A stretch of DNA of 46,820 bases from Hyphochytrium catenoides (GCA_900088475.1 FLMG01002866.1:1-46820), one strand, 5' to 3'; positions 1 to 11,568 are shown, counted from the first letter of the stretch. A program made the numbers and translations. The notes: a model not told the origin generated them from the letters alone.

Positions 1-47
1 CCAAATATCAAGCCATACCTCTGTAATACTATTATATACCCAACAGG

Positions 48-942
48 TTTGTCAACTCAACGCTGTCATCGTCCGCTTCCTCTTCGCCCACCAACCCCAC
101 AGCATTCTCCGACGTGTAGATCTATTGTTCGAAACCCTGCACCGCTGGTCGACAGTGTTAAAGAAGGACATTCTTTTCTCCCATCTCCGTCCTCTCCTTC
201 TTCTTGCCATACCCAACCACCGCTTCCTTCTTTTCCTCCTGCTGCTTCGTCTTTTACACATTCTCCTACCTCTCCTCGTCCAGAGAGGCTGACAAAGAGC
301 AATGGTTCATGGGCAAAAGATCTAAGGACGAGAACAAGCCGAGTGATAAATATGAGGAGGGAGCTATCTCGTCGTTAGAGGCGGGGTTGGGGCCCATTAT
401 ATAACACAAATAAGGGTGTCAAAAAGACGGAAACCACCAGCAGTGTCCCTCTTTTACTTTTCTGTCTCACAACCCTTTGCTCTTTCTTCATTTTAGGGGT
501 TATCACTAGCTAGTACTGCTTCCAGAATACCATCATATGGATAAGAGTTCTGATGACTACTTCCCAACGTCTATCCCATTACTTGCCTGTTTTCAGTTGT
601 GCTTTCTACCTCCGCTATCCATGCGTTAACCAATAATTAGTCTCAAGACCTCTTTCCATACCTGCTTCTCTTTTTATTTGTTGAACAGAGTCTATCATAA
701 ATTACCTGTCTTCTGTTGTGCCTTCTATCTCCGCAATCCATGCGCTGCCAAGTCTTCTACCCTGTCTGCTGCTCTTTCAAATGTTGAATTCGCTCAGAAG
801 CAGCTCCCGTCTGTGCCAATCCTGCTGGTCTCTTGGACTCTATCTCTTGATCCACACCACCAACTTCTATATATAGGGCATCGCTATTCTGGTTTACTTC
901 TTCCTCCTACCAAGGTCGGGTTATTGCCTGATGGGCGCAGAG
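48..942 (+). repeat. ~895-bp direct repeat, copy 1 (copy 2 at 12645-13538)
   Basis: Colinear match from TTTGTCA to GATGGRCGCAGAG, roughly 95% identity by eye. Contains an internal ~60-bp duplication (~572-632 vs ~691-751) that is present in both copies. Confidence 0.95.
49..404 (+). pseudogene. Frameshifted copy of the C-terminal ~118 codons of the 11569-13002 ORF
   Basis: Same peptide (PTPQHSPTCRSIV...LEAGLG) split over ORFs 49..378 and 204..404 by a 1-nt deletion (AATGGTTC at ~301 vs AATGGGTTC at ~12898). Preceded by a possible splice acceptor (CCCAACAG, ending at 46). Confidence 0.55.
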
Positions 943-1641
943 TGATGAGATGGCAGAGTTGGTTGGAAAGCTCTTCTTCGTTGCGGTGCAAATAGCAGAA
1001 TGAGATTGATGAAGATTATGAGCTCGAGCAGAGCTCAATGAACTAATGATCCCTAAGTTCTATAAAGCCTATGTATGCAAAGCTTATGAGAATGACATGC
1101 AAGAGGGAAAGCAGAGAGGAATGCTCTTAGCAGCGGGAGAGAGTAGAGAATGTTTGGAAATGATCGAATGGTCACCAATGGATCCATCGTCTCAGACAAG
1201 GGAATCGGCAATAAATTGGTGGCCAGAAGGAAGGGAAGAAGTAAAGTCGGAAAGAGAAAAATATTCAGGAAGCAAGAACAAATTTCTAGATAATTCATGA
1301 GAAAGAAAGTAGGACAAGCAATCAAGAAGAAGAATATTCCTTGCTATAGAGACCCCAGAAGAAAAGGGTTCTCAACAGCTCCTCTATCTACTTCACTGAG
1401 TCCTGTTCTCATTGTCTATCTACTGTTGTTTCTCTTTATGCGTCTCCCTCTCTCTCTCTCTGGGGGGGTCCCCGGTCTCTCGTTTTCCTTTCTGCGCTCA
1501 ACAAGTGACTGCTGAAGCGGAGACGAAGAAAGAGGAAGCTCCAGTTTTCCGCCACAGTCTCTCCGCTAGAGAGGTACTCCTGAGTAAAGGAAGTAAATGA
1601 GATGTAGGACTATGGTGCTTATCAAGCAAGGTAGAAGAAAA

Positions 1642-1796
1642 AGAGTAGAGAGAGATGGAGAGAGAGAGAGAGAGGAGGAGAGAGAGAGAGACCTAGAAGA
1701 GAGAGAGACAGTGAGAGAGAGAGACAGTGAGAGAGAAAGAGATAGAGAGACGGAGAGAGAGGAGAGAGCCAGAAATAGAAAGAGAGAGAGAGAGAG
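1642..1796 (+). repeat. Imperfect (GA)n microsatellite
   Basis: Directly visible. It explains the spurious ER-rich and SL-rich ORFs here. Confidence 0.95.
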
Positions 1797-4155
1797 CCCA
1801 TCGTCAAGTTCTCTCTCTGACTGTGTTGTTCTTTCGCTTTTCGGTTCCTGCAGCAAAGAGAAATCGTCGCTTCGGCATTGCCTGTCATATTGATATAGGG
1901 GTTTAGGGGAAGAAGAAATTAAGACACCAAGGAACAGACCAAGGAGCGTGAACATAGAGATATAGATAGAGGTAATAAGAGAGAGAGGCAGTACAATATC
2001 TCTTCGGTGATTGTCGGAAGAGCAAGAGGTGCCTCATCCTTCCGAGAAAGAGGAGGTGACGATATCTTCTCTTGTTGAGGAGAAATTTAAACACTCTCCT
2101 GGACTTTGTCTTTGTTAAAAGGAAAGAGATTCTGACTTCTCTCTTGTTAGGGTCTCGATCTGCCCTCCCTGGGCCCGACAACTTCATCGACAGAACAGAC
2201 TTCTTTCCGCCTCCCTGATATCAGCTTACAGCAAATCTCCGGCGCTCCTTTTTCTGCAGAACTAACTCTGATCCTCATTCCTTTCGTCCCTCACCTCACT
2301 ACCTAATGAGACCTATCTGCTCTGATTACTCTCAATATCCCTTAACTTCTCGTCAGCAGCCTCTGAGGCTAGAAAGTCGGTCACATGATGTGATGGCTCT
2401 GTCCCAAATACAGGCGTGACGCTACTGACGGAGCATCTTCTATGGTACGGATTGATTAGTAGTCTAGTTAGATCATGAAGGCGTCAGAGACAACGCTGGC
2501 CAATTGTTGGCACGGGAGGAGGAGCAGCTAGTTCGATCTATCGGCTGATCAAATACTGGTTGTTCGTTGATCTACCACCATACATATCTGTGCTCCTTAC
2601 TGCGCTGCATCGCATGATGCTAATCGGTACAAATTTCGCAGCATCTGTTGGTCTTTAGAGTCTCCCTCGTCTACAGTTTAATTCATTCACTTGTACTGTT
2701 CTTATCCTCATGCCAAGCCGCATAGCTCCGTTCAGTCTATTAATTTATTCCCCTGACGAGAATGGAGTCAAGCATAAAGAAGGAGGAGACAACAGCTTTG
2801 AGGTGGGTTTCTGCGAAAGGCGTTAGCAAAAGAAGCTTGTGGCCTTGTGTTCCAAGTGTCCTCCCATGCCCCTCTGCTCTTCTGCTTGTGAAGTGCTCCT
2901 ACACGTAGTAGCAGCGTTTCATCCCAGTCCTGGATCTCTATTTTTCTCTCTGGATTCCCCGTTGCACAGAGTTCTGCCCGGCACCTCACCTAAATCATCA
3001 TCAGAGTGCCGCTAATGATCAGAAGGACATGATGACTGTCAACAATGAACTTTGAACGAAGAGACAAAGAGATAGCATAATAGGAAGGACTGCTGGACAT
3101 TAATTAGTTATTGAAACGTATACACGAGACATGAGAGAGAAACAGTGCTATGGAAGAGAAAGCCGATAGGACAAAGAGAAGCAATGAGGTGATAGAGAAT
3201 CGCTGGAATTAGTTAAACGCTGAGGCTCAGGCCAAAAGGAGAAGGAAAGCTGCTACTTAGAAATCGGTTAACAGACACTTGCTGGAAAAAGCAGAGGGAG
3301 AGAACAGGCAGTAGGAAGCTGAAGTCTTGGCGTTGTAAGGTATATTAAGAAGATAGAGAGAAAATTAACAAGGAGAAGAAAAGACAGAGAGATAGTGAGG
3401 GAGGACTTGGAAGATAGAAAGGGGGAGGTGGAAAACGGTTAGAGCAGATGCGAGAAGATGAACAGCCCCGGGTATTGCCACAGAGAGAGTAGTAGAAAAG
3501 AGAGAGAGTGAGACTGATGGAGGGAAGAGGCCGAATAAAGCAGAAGCAACCGGGAGCGGCGGTGGCAACAACTAGGTATCAATTAATGAACCAATTCGTA
3601 AAACGGCGACCGTCGCAAGAAGGAAAGAAGGATGGGGGGCCGAGAAGCCTGTCAGGAATATGGGAGAGAAAGAGATATCCTAGCCCCTAAGGCAACAGAG
3701 ACACACGAAAAAGAGGGCAACAAGGAAAGGAAAATGTAGACGTGGAGGCAATGTGAGAGAGCGTTAGAGGAAGAGCTAATCAGAGGAAGAGCTAATTAAA
3801 AAGCACTGAAACAGTAGTGTGGGGGCGTCCCAAGAAAGCGCGAACAATAAGGAGCCTTTAAAGCGCTAACTCGAAAAGAGAGCAAGAGGACCGCCGCTTT
3901 AAACTCGGCTAGGAGAATAGATAGAAGAGTGGGCAAGAAGGAGACAGACAGATGCCGGATGGAATGGAGAATTTTTACTGTTTGCTGGTTGTGTCAGTCC
4001 AATACACGAGAGGAAAGTATTGCAGGAAAAGGAGGGAACTTCGGGAGAAAGTCTGGAGGACGGCCAAGATGCCGTACTAATGAGCTCTTTATACCTAAAA
4101 GTGAATGATGCAAAAGGCAGAGAGATTAAGAGGACAGAGGGGTTACCGGACAGGA

Positions 4156-4179
4156 AGAGAGAGAGAGAGAGAGAGAGAG
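4156..4179 (+). repeat. (GA)n microsatellite within a purine-rich tract
   Basis: Directly visible. Confidence 0.85.
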
Positions 4180-5415
4180 CAGCGGAAGTAGGCAAAAGTT
4201 TGACCAAAGAAAATAGCAGGAACAGGACGACGGGAGAACAGAAAATGGTGGAGAATATGCAAAAGGACCGAGCGAGGGAGAAGGGGAGAGCTACCTGCAG
4301 AAAATTGAAGACAAACAAAAAGAGAGAAAGAGCGAGGGAGAGCCAGCCTGAAACAAAGGATCTGAAGGAGATGCTGAATTCGAGAGAAATACGGCAAAGT
4401 GAGGAAAGGAAAGAGAAAGACAATAGAGACTGGCCAAACAAGAGCAATCGATAATAGGATGCTGCGTTAAGACGGCCATCCTGGACAGCTTACTGTTAGA
4501 AATTAGAGTCGTCTAAGGCTATATTGACTCCCGGCATTTGTTTCCTCTAGAATGTGATGCTCGTTACAGCGTCGACGGCAGGAGGCAGGACGAAACGCGT
4601 CAGATGGTAATCAAACAGAAGAGAGAGAATGTACATTCACCAGAGATGAAATTTGGGGTGCAGGCTAGAAGAGGAGAGACAACAAGAACACGGGCGGAAG
4701 GCTATCCCGTGACAGGTTTATTGAGGCTGCTTCTTAGACGGGAAGAGGGAGAATGCAGAAGATGTAGTGGGCTTCAGGGCTGATGCGGCGGTGCTTCCGA
4801 AAGGGATAAGTGAGCCAGTTTTGAAGAAAACTCTGATGGCTGAGCTACGCGTTTCTTATGTGTGCTGCTGCACAGTAGCTCCATCTCTATGGAAACCAGA
4901 CTAGCCGGACATTCAGCAATAGAGTACTACGCAGAGGAGAGCGTAGAAAGCAAGCAACAAGAAGCCTCAGAAGAAGAAGAGGTGGACCTCGATAACAATA
5001 CGTACGAGGTCAGAGGGAAGAAAAGAAAGAGGAAGAATAGGGGAGGACATAAATTGGCTGTAACGCCGCCGGTCTTAGAACCACCGCAGCACCAGAAGTT
5101 CGCCCTTTTGAAAAAGGACTGCTTCATCTCGCCTTATTGCTCCTAAGTAACCGCCACCCGTTACTGCCCGGTCCACCATCAAGAGATAACAGGCTAAAAG
5201 AACTAAATTTGTGTCTCTTCTCCTCATTTCCCCTCAGTCCCATCTTGCTAAGTCATCTTCTTTTCTCGCCGCCCTCACCAGTTCTTCATCTTTCTTCTCT
5301 TCTCTATCGTTCTCTCTCCTCTCTGATACTGTCTCACACGCTCCTGCTTCTCTCTTTTTTCTCGCACTTCTCTCCCTCTCTCCCTCTTACCTGTTGTCCT
5401 ACCCTAGTAAGAGGG

Positions 5416-5793
5416 CTACTGTTCGTCGCACCAATAGCAGCGCCATCGGCAGCAGCTGTAGCCGTGAATTCGAGGCCGAGGCTCTGAATTTCCACCCACA
5501 GTCTTTACACAGACAGTCAGACAGCTCTTAGCATGGCGTTGAAGGCTGCCGCCTACTGAATAGTCAGCAGCACACCGCAAACACTGAAACATTTCCGTAA
5601 GTGGGTCTCGGACTATGTACGTGCCTTTGCTGCTGTCTTTCATCTCTTCCGCTGGTGCTCCTCCGTCCAGACGAGGGTACTCGACGTATGTATCAGGCTG
5701 ATGGGCTTGCTTATAATGAGTCTTCTTCGCGGATCTGGATAAAAATGTTCTTGGACAATACCCGCATTTGAACGACTGTTCCAACTCATATTC
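5416..5793 (-). pseudogene. C2H2/C2HC zinc-finger gene fragment (orphan exon or pseudogene)
   Basis: FKCGYCPRTFLSRSAKKTHYKQAH is a canonical C2H2 finger, followed by FQCLRCAADYSVGGSLQRHAKSC. There is no in-frame ATG before the first finger, and an in-frame TGA lies at 5796-5794. Confidence 0.65.
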
Positions 5794-6331
5794 TCAACAA
5801 TATCTGCGTTCCCATGGTGATGGGCATTTGTATCGCTGGCAGAAGTGTTGTTCGGTGGGGCGGAGGAAGATGACGAAGAAAGGCTCGTAATCGCAGCAGC
5901 AGCCGCGGGTTAGCATTTGATTCATCGATCGAATGACGGGTGGAATTAGGAGGGTGCGGTACTGCATCAGGTCGGGCAGAGTTTGTCATAGCAAAGTGAA
6001 GAAGTCGGCCTCCTTCTCCATGATCCATTCTACTATGTAAGAGCTGTTGAGGCAATAATTGTTTCAGTAGAAGGCGATAATCCCAGCCTTCTGCAGGCCA
6101 GCTGCTGACTTCGTATCCTTGTTGACCTTCGGATGACTACTAAACTACTTTCTGCAGATGGAGAAAGGGAGGGTGGAGAACCCCCGAGGCTTGCGGTACC
6201 TTCTCTCTCCCACCCATCCACCCTCCCAAACTTCCCTGTTCTTATTTATTACCTTTTCCTCAGTCGTCTTCACTGGCGCAGGTTTGACCTTCTCACTCAT
6301 GCAACTCCGTCAGAGAATAGTGTAATATAGA

Positions 6332-6441
6332 TGCCTTTATCTACAATAAAAGCAAGACTGTTATGACACAATTAGAACCCTTCGTGGCAGCTCTGTTGCT
6401 GGGTTGTCTGAGCCTTGTTGAACGCGTTGGCAGGCGCACTT
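6332..6441 (+). repeat. ~110-bp diverged direct repeat, copy A (copy B at 11340-11449)
   Basis: TGCCTTTATCTAC...GCGTTG..GGC.CACTT aligns with 11340-11449 at about 83% identity, with two compensating 1-nt indels. Confidence 0.9.
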
Positions 6442-6509
6442 ATATTATCCTTTTATAACATTAACCAATGGCACTTGTAAATACTGTGAAGGGAAACAAC
6501 TACTGTGTC

Positions 6510-7025
6510 TTTTATTTACTTATTTACTAGTTGGGGAAGCCTAATAATTGGAGTACTTGAACTACTGCTTTTATTGACCAGTTTTGAGAATTAAGGAAGT
6601 ACTACAAATCTCTACACTACCATCCTAGGAATAAACCTACCACTAGTTCTTACGCTTTCTTGAAGCCGATTACAACTATACTAAGTCTCCTCCGTCTGCT
6701 GCTCCTCCTCTCCTTCTTCGCCGCACCCTCTGCTGCTATTGGTGCTGCTGTAGATGATCCTCACGGATTGCCCGTGGCAAGGGAAGGCGACTGCGTACCA
6801 TCTGGGCGTTGCACCGCTGGATATGGGTAGATATCCTCTCGTAGATGGTACTGAAGAGAGAGGATGAAGACATACCCCCTCCTGCACATCTGTCGAGGAC
6901 TGCTCGAATCCAGTGGCGGAGAGTTTCGTGGACCTCCGCTGTAGCTCCACCGAAGGTTTCCCAGACCAAGGGGACGAATCCATAGCCTGCTGCCGTACAT
7001 CCCTCCGCGTAGTGGGCTAGACTTT
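6510..7025 (-). mobile_element. 5'-truncated non-LTR retrotransposon relic, CRE-like (C-terminus of restriction-like endonuclease region)
   Basis: Minus frame 7020-6736 reads LAHYAEGCTAAGYGFVPLVWETFGG...LFSTIYERISTHIQRCNAQMVRSRLP. This matches the Y...C...G..FxP...ETFG ... RISxxxQRxNA end of CRE-clade ORFs. It is followed by a 3' UTR and an A-rich tail TAAATAAGTAAATAAAA (~6526-6510). Confidence 0.75.
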
Positions 7026-7135
7026 ATGCAGGTAACATAGACTTACCACTTCTGTCTACTACCACTACAGAAGACCTCCTGCAACAGCACCTGGAAGCTG
7101 ACCCAGGACCACATTCTCGATGTGCGCAGGTAGGG

Positions 7136-7215
7136 TAGTGTTGGGACACGGGTCCGATTCTCGACCCACGGGTTGACGTGGGTCGAAGGCCTTGACCCAT
7201 GGGTCGACCTGGGTC
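7136..7215 (+). repeat. hAT left TIR and subterminal GACCC/GGGTC motifs
   Basis: TIR at 7136-7154; GACCCACGGGTT, palindromic GACCCATGGGTC (7194-7205) and GACCTGGGTC (7206-7215). Confidence 0.9.
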
Positions 7216-7521
7216 CAGCTCTAATATTAACTATGGGATAGAGTTGGTCCCAGGTTGTCTAATATTAACTATATGTATTGGACTTTGCTAATATTATGTA
7301 TGGGGTTGTCATGCAATGTATTATCTTAGGCTTAAAGTTTCCCTAATGTTAACTATGGTAGTAAGTAAGCACGGATGATCTTATGGATCTTATCTTCCCT
7401 CACCACCAGGCAGGAGGTCCATGGCAGGAAGACACACCAGGCCCCACCACCGCATATAATCATCGACAATCCATAGTCAACAGCCCGCGCCGCTGCTTCT
7501 TCTATCAAAGCTCGGCCACGA

Positions 7522-10500
7522 ATGACTCAACAATCGTCCGGAGGAGCGAGGTCGTCGAAGCTGCAGCAGCAGGAAGATGAAGCGGGAGGAAAATATGATG
7601 ATGATGAGGAGCGATTATATAGTAGAAAAGTTCCTGCCGCTGGTAGTGGTGGGAATGCAGCAGCAGCACAACAGCAGCAGCAGAGAGAGAGAGTAACAGA
7701 CGAGGACAACATAAACTTCCAGAACCCATCGCCTGGTCGTGCTGCTTCGAGTTGTAATAGTACCAGCCAGCAAGGTCTCCTCCCTTCTTCCACACCACAC
7801 GACGATACAGCAGAAGGTTGTAACGGCCAACAAGAAGACACCAAAGTGATGACTGAAGAAGAGTCCTACATCGCGGATTTGTTTGAAAAAAAAAGCAGCA
7901 GAACAGCCGCCTTCTCTCTTCTCAGTCAGTGGCGGTACTACTGCCTCCTCGTTGTTGGCCTCTTCCATGCCTTCTTCCTCCTCTCTTTCTTCGTCTTCCA
8001 GTGACCATGAAGAAGAGGCGGAGTCTTCCCTGTCGTTATCATCTTTTGCTTCTTCAGGAGGAAGATCGTCAAGCAGTGTGAGGAGGGTGAAAGGCAAAAG
8101 GAAGAACAAGCCTAACAAGCGTTCGCTTGGCAAACGCAAGCGGTTGGATCAAAATAGTGCTGGGAACGACAAGATCAAGACCAACCCGTCTTCTTTCTCA
8201 GCCACCACCACCTCCTCCAGCCTCCAAGGAAAGGCTGCCGACGCTCATCCTCCCCTCCGCGGCTTCTCTACCTTAGACAGCTATGTCAGTGTTGCCTGCT
8301 CTTCTAAGGCAGCGGCCTTCTCTACTATGGATCGTCCTCATTCTACCGGCCAAGGCAGCTCCTCTGGAGTCCCGGCGCCTGGTCCTGCTAACCCATCGTC
8401 GGCAGCTGTCACAGGCGTTGCTAGACTAAAGCCGGTGCAGAAGGTCAATGGACCACCCAGAAGCTCACCTATCTGGAATTATTTTGCCGTTGTAGAGAAC
8501 GACAGGGATCTCAAGAAACAGCCAAAACGGATACAAGACGCTTGCAAAGTGAAAGGTCAAGAGCGTCCTCTGGCTGTCTGTACTAAATGCTTCAAGATCT
8601 ACAGAATGTCTAGTGGTACGGGAGTACTATCTAGGCACTTGGAAACCAAGCATCAGATCACCGAAAAGAATCGTGTCAGTCCGCCTCAGCTGGTAAAAGA
8701 GCAGGGAAGCCGACAGATTACTATCGACGACTCGCTGAGCCGGGTTACCCCCTATTCCTTGTCGCAGAACAAGAAGCATATGGACAATTTCATCAGATTT
8801 GTGGTGCTGGACTTAGAGCCTATGTCGGTATGCGAATCGGCACCTCTACGGAGGTTTATCAGTGCACTGAACCCAAGGTACCGGCATCCAGGGCGTAAGC
8901 AAGTGCGTGACGCCATCAGCAGGTTGGCTATAGAAAAGCGAGAGAGGATCCGAGAGGTTCTATCTTCTGTCGATTCTGTCCATTTTACAATTGACTTCTG
9001 GACTTCCATAGCCAACAAGCCATTTCTGGGGGTTACAATGCACTGGGTAGACCCCGAGCTCTTCACAATGGACTGGATAGAGGTCAGGACCAAACAGCTC
9101 CCATATCCTCACACCGCTGACCATATCGTGGAAGCGGTGAGGGCCATAGTGGAAGAGGAAGATCTCAAAGGGAAGGTTTCATTTATCACCACAGACAACG
9201 CCTCTAATATGGTTAATGCCATGGAGACTGCACCTGAGTTCAACCACATCCGCTGTGCTGCGCACTCTCTACAGCTTGTCATTCAGGCTGGGCTCAAGCA
9301 TCCAGAAATGGCCAAGGCTCTGGAGAAAGTGAAGATCATTAATGGCATCTTATCCCGCCCAAAGCAAGAGCAGCTTCTGCGCGAGGCCCAGGAGAAATGT
9401 GGGGCTAATCGAGCTGCGACTGTGGCGGTCGTGAAGGACGTCGATACCAGGTACTAGTGGGGCCTTTACGGATTAGGGCAAACCTCCCTCATTGACGTTT
9501 CTTGTTTGTGGGCAGATGGAACTCCACGTTTGGCATGCTTGAGAGGTATACTCGTTTGAGGACAGCGATTAGCTGTTACATCAATGATAGGGAGACAGAG
9601 CTTGCGAAGAAACGAGAATTGTACAAGGTGTACAAAGAGACCAGCAGAGGCTTTGCCAAGCGTCCCGATGCCGACCTTATGAAGCTCGTTGGAGACCTAC
9701 AGAAGGCTCGCCCGTCAGAACAGGACTGGAGAGTGAACGAGGCGTTAATAGAGCTTTTGGAGCCCTTCAAGGAGGCCACAACATGGTTAGGTGGGTCTGA
9801 CTATCCAACCCTTTCCGTCTTAATACCTCTTCGGGACCGCATCAAGCAGCACCTGGTGGACGCCATCACGGATGTCGAAACGCTACCTCCCATTAGAGCT
9901 ATCGCTGAGGCAATGAAAAAAGTCTTTGATGAGAAGTGGAAGGTACCCGGTACCAACGCTTTCATTGCTTCTTTCCTGGACCCTAGATTTCGAGACCGGG
10001 TCCCACAAATCGACCCGTACCTTGTCAACAGAGCCAAGGAGCAGCTCCACTCGGATCTAGCAGAATTAGAGCAAGAACTCCTAACCAAACAAAGCCTAGA
10101 GGAGGGTACCAGTACGACACAGCAGCATGGCAAGGACGGCCACTTGAGCAGTGACGAGGAATCAGGACGCCGGTTGAAGAAGAAAAGAGGTGGAAAGAGT
10201 ATGTTTGACAGCATCCTACTCTCTGTGCAAGCCGCAGAAGAGGAAAGAGAAGAGCTGGCTGCTGCTAATAGGGGTGAGGCTTTAGAGCATGAGGAGCTGC
10301 AGCGGTATCGTAAGGCTCCTTTGCTTATCAAGAATCTGTTTCAGAATGGAGAGAGCTTCATGGCCTTCGATGTTCTGAAGTGGTGGCAGACTCATAGAGC
10401 TGACTTCCCTCTTTTGAGCAAGCTAGCCATGCGCTACTTAGGTGTGCCTGCAACCTCTGTACCCTCTGAACGCCATTTTTCGGCAGCAGGTAGCCTGATA

Positions 10501-10605
10501 TCGAAGAAGAGAAGCCGCCTCGGTGACGACATTGTAGATGATACCCTCTTCTGTCGTAGCTCCATGCTGAGGGAGGGCAGGAAGGCCCAAAAGGTAAGAC
10601 GCTAA
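7522..10605 (+). CDS. hAT transposase with BED zinc finger (intron 9451-9515; frame break at A9 run 7886-7894, alternative start ATG 7967)
   Basis: BED finger SPIWNYF...CTKC...LSRHLETKH. DDE motifs FTIDFWTS, ITTDNASNM and PATSVPSERHFS; CxxH motif RCAAH; dimerization domain VLKWWQ...FPLLSKLAMRYL. Removing the 65-nt GT-AG intron restores the conserved DTR/WNST motif. Confidence 0.93.
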
Positions 10606-11122
10606 TTTTCGGGAGTAACCTTGATAGTAGCAGCCTATCTTTAAGCGATAGCTAAAGAAATATTGAACTTCAGTAGCCCAAATTCGCCGGACTCCTTTCT
10701 CCTTTCCCTCCTCATTCCTTTTCTCCCGTTGATCGGCTGTTCCTTCTTTCTTCTTTCCCTATTCCCCTCCTTATTTTCCTTTTAAAATCTGCATTTTATT
10801 CTACCGGGCCAGCCTTGTAACTCATCAATATATACTTTACGTATCTCCTCTTAACTGCGAGTGATGATGCCGAAGCTTCTCATTACTTGTTATATTTCTT
10901 CTCTGGACGCAGCGAAACTCCAATCTATCTTTATTGCTAACATAGAGCATACTTCGTTTTCTTCCACATGTTCCATATCAAGAGTCACTACTCAGAGTAC
11001 TCTGTTCAATCTTAGCTTTTTGTCCTCACGTGAAGCGAGATAATAATGATGAAAGCTCATGCGACAACAAGAAAAGCAAGGTTTCTCATGAGCGGTTGCA
11101 GGTTCCCTGGAAGAGGTGTTTG

Positions 11123-11213
11123 GACCCGGGTCGGAGAAAAGTGACTTAGGTCGGGTTGAGGGCTGCTTGACCCGGGTCGGACCCGGGTCGAAACGACCCG
11201 TGGCACAACACTA
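11123..11213 (-). repeat. hAT right subterminal GACCCGGGTC palindromes and right TIR
   Basis: GACCCGGGTC at 11123-11132, 11169-11178 and 11180-11189; TIR at 11195-11213. Confidence 0.9.
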
Positions 11214-11339
11214 AGGTAGGGGCATGCGATGGAAGACCATCTTTGCATTACAACGCTGTTCGTAATAGGACAGATAACTGTACTGTAGAACAACCTCTAC
11301 GGAGCAGTACAGTGATTGATATGTCTGTATAATATGCAT

Positions 11340-11449
11340 TGCCTTTATCTACGATAAAAGCCATGACTATTATGACACCATAAAATCCTTCGCGGAAGCT
11401 CTGCTGCCGGGTTATCTGAACTTTGTTGAATGCGTTGCCGGGCTCACTT
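11340..11449 (+). repeat. ~110-bp diverged direct repeat, copy B
   Basis: Aligns with 6332-6441. Confidence 0.9.
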
Positions 11450-11487
11450 TCCTCACGAAATAGTAGCGTCATCAGAGCTCCACAACA

Positions 11488-11494
11488 TATATAA
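11488..11494 (+). promoter_or_regulatory. Possible TATA box for the 11569 ORF
   Basis: TATATAA about 75 nt upstream of ATG 11569. Position is the only support. Confidence 0.3.
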
Positions 11495-11568
11495 CCGGGG
11501 GGCCAGCAGTTCATAAATAGTTGGCTCCACAGCAAATCCAACGCAGCAAACAGCGGAACTGGGGAGTA

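Larger units (their letters stand above)
7136..11213 (+). mobile_element. Complete hAT-superfamily DNA transposon (4078 bp)
   Basis: Left TIR TAGTGTTGGGACACGGGTC (7136-7154) vs reverse complement of 11195-11213, TAGTGTTGTGCCACGGGTC (17/19 match). Perfect 8-bp TSD AGGTAGGG at 7128-7135 and 11214-11221. hAT transposase lies inside. Confidence 0.97.

Noticed and set aside
1566-1955. ER-rich and SL-rich ORFs (also 3899-4454, 13868-14902)
   Set aside because: They are translations of GA/CT low-complexity DNA, open on both strands.
2081-2218. LINE-like words TLLDFVFV and LPGPDNF
   Set aside because: The spacing is incompatible with an APE-RT ORF2, the frame is short, and no other motifs are present.
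4862-5146. Chromodomain-like start EEEEVDLDNNTYEVRGKKRKRK
   Set aside because: It lacks the YLVKW core and aromatic cage residues.
8752-10331. Antisense ORFs over the transposase, and other short ORFs overlapping EDR2-like, TPH-like and Piezo exons
   Set aside because: They are shadow frames of real coding sequence, with no independent motifs.
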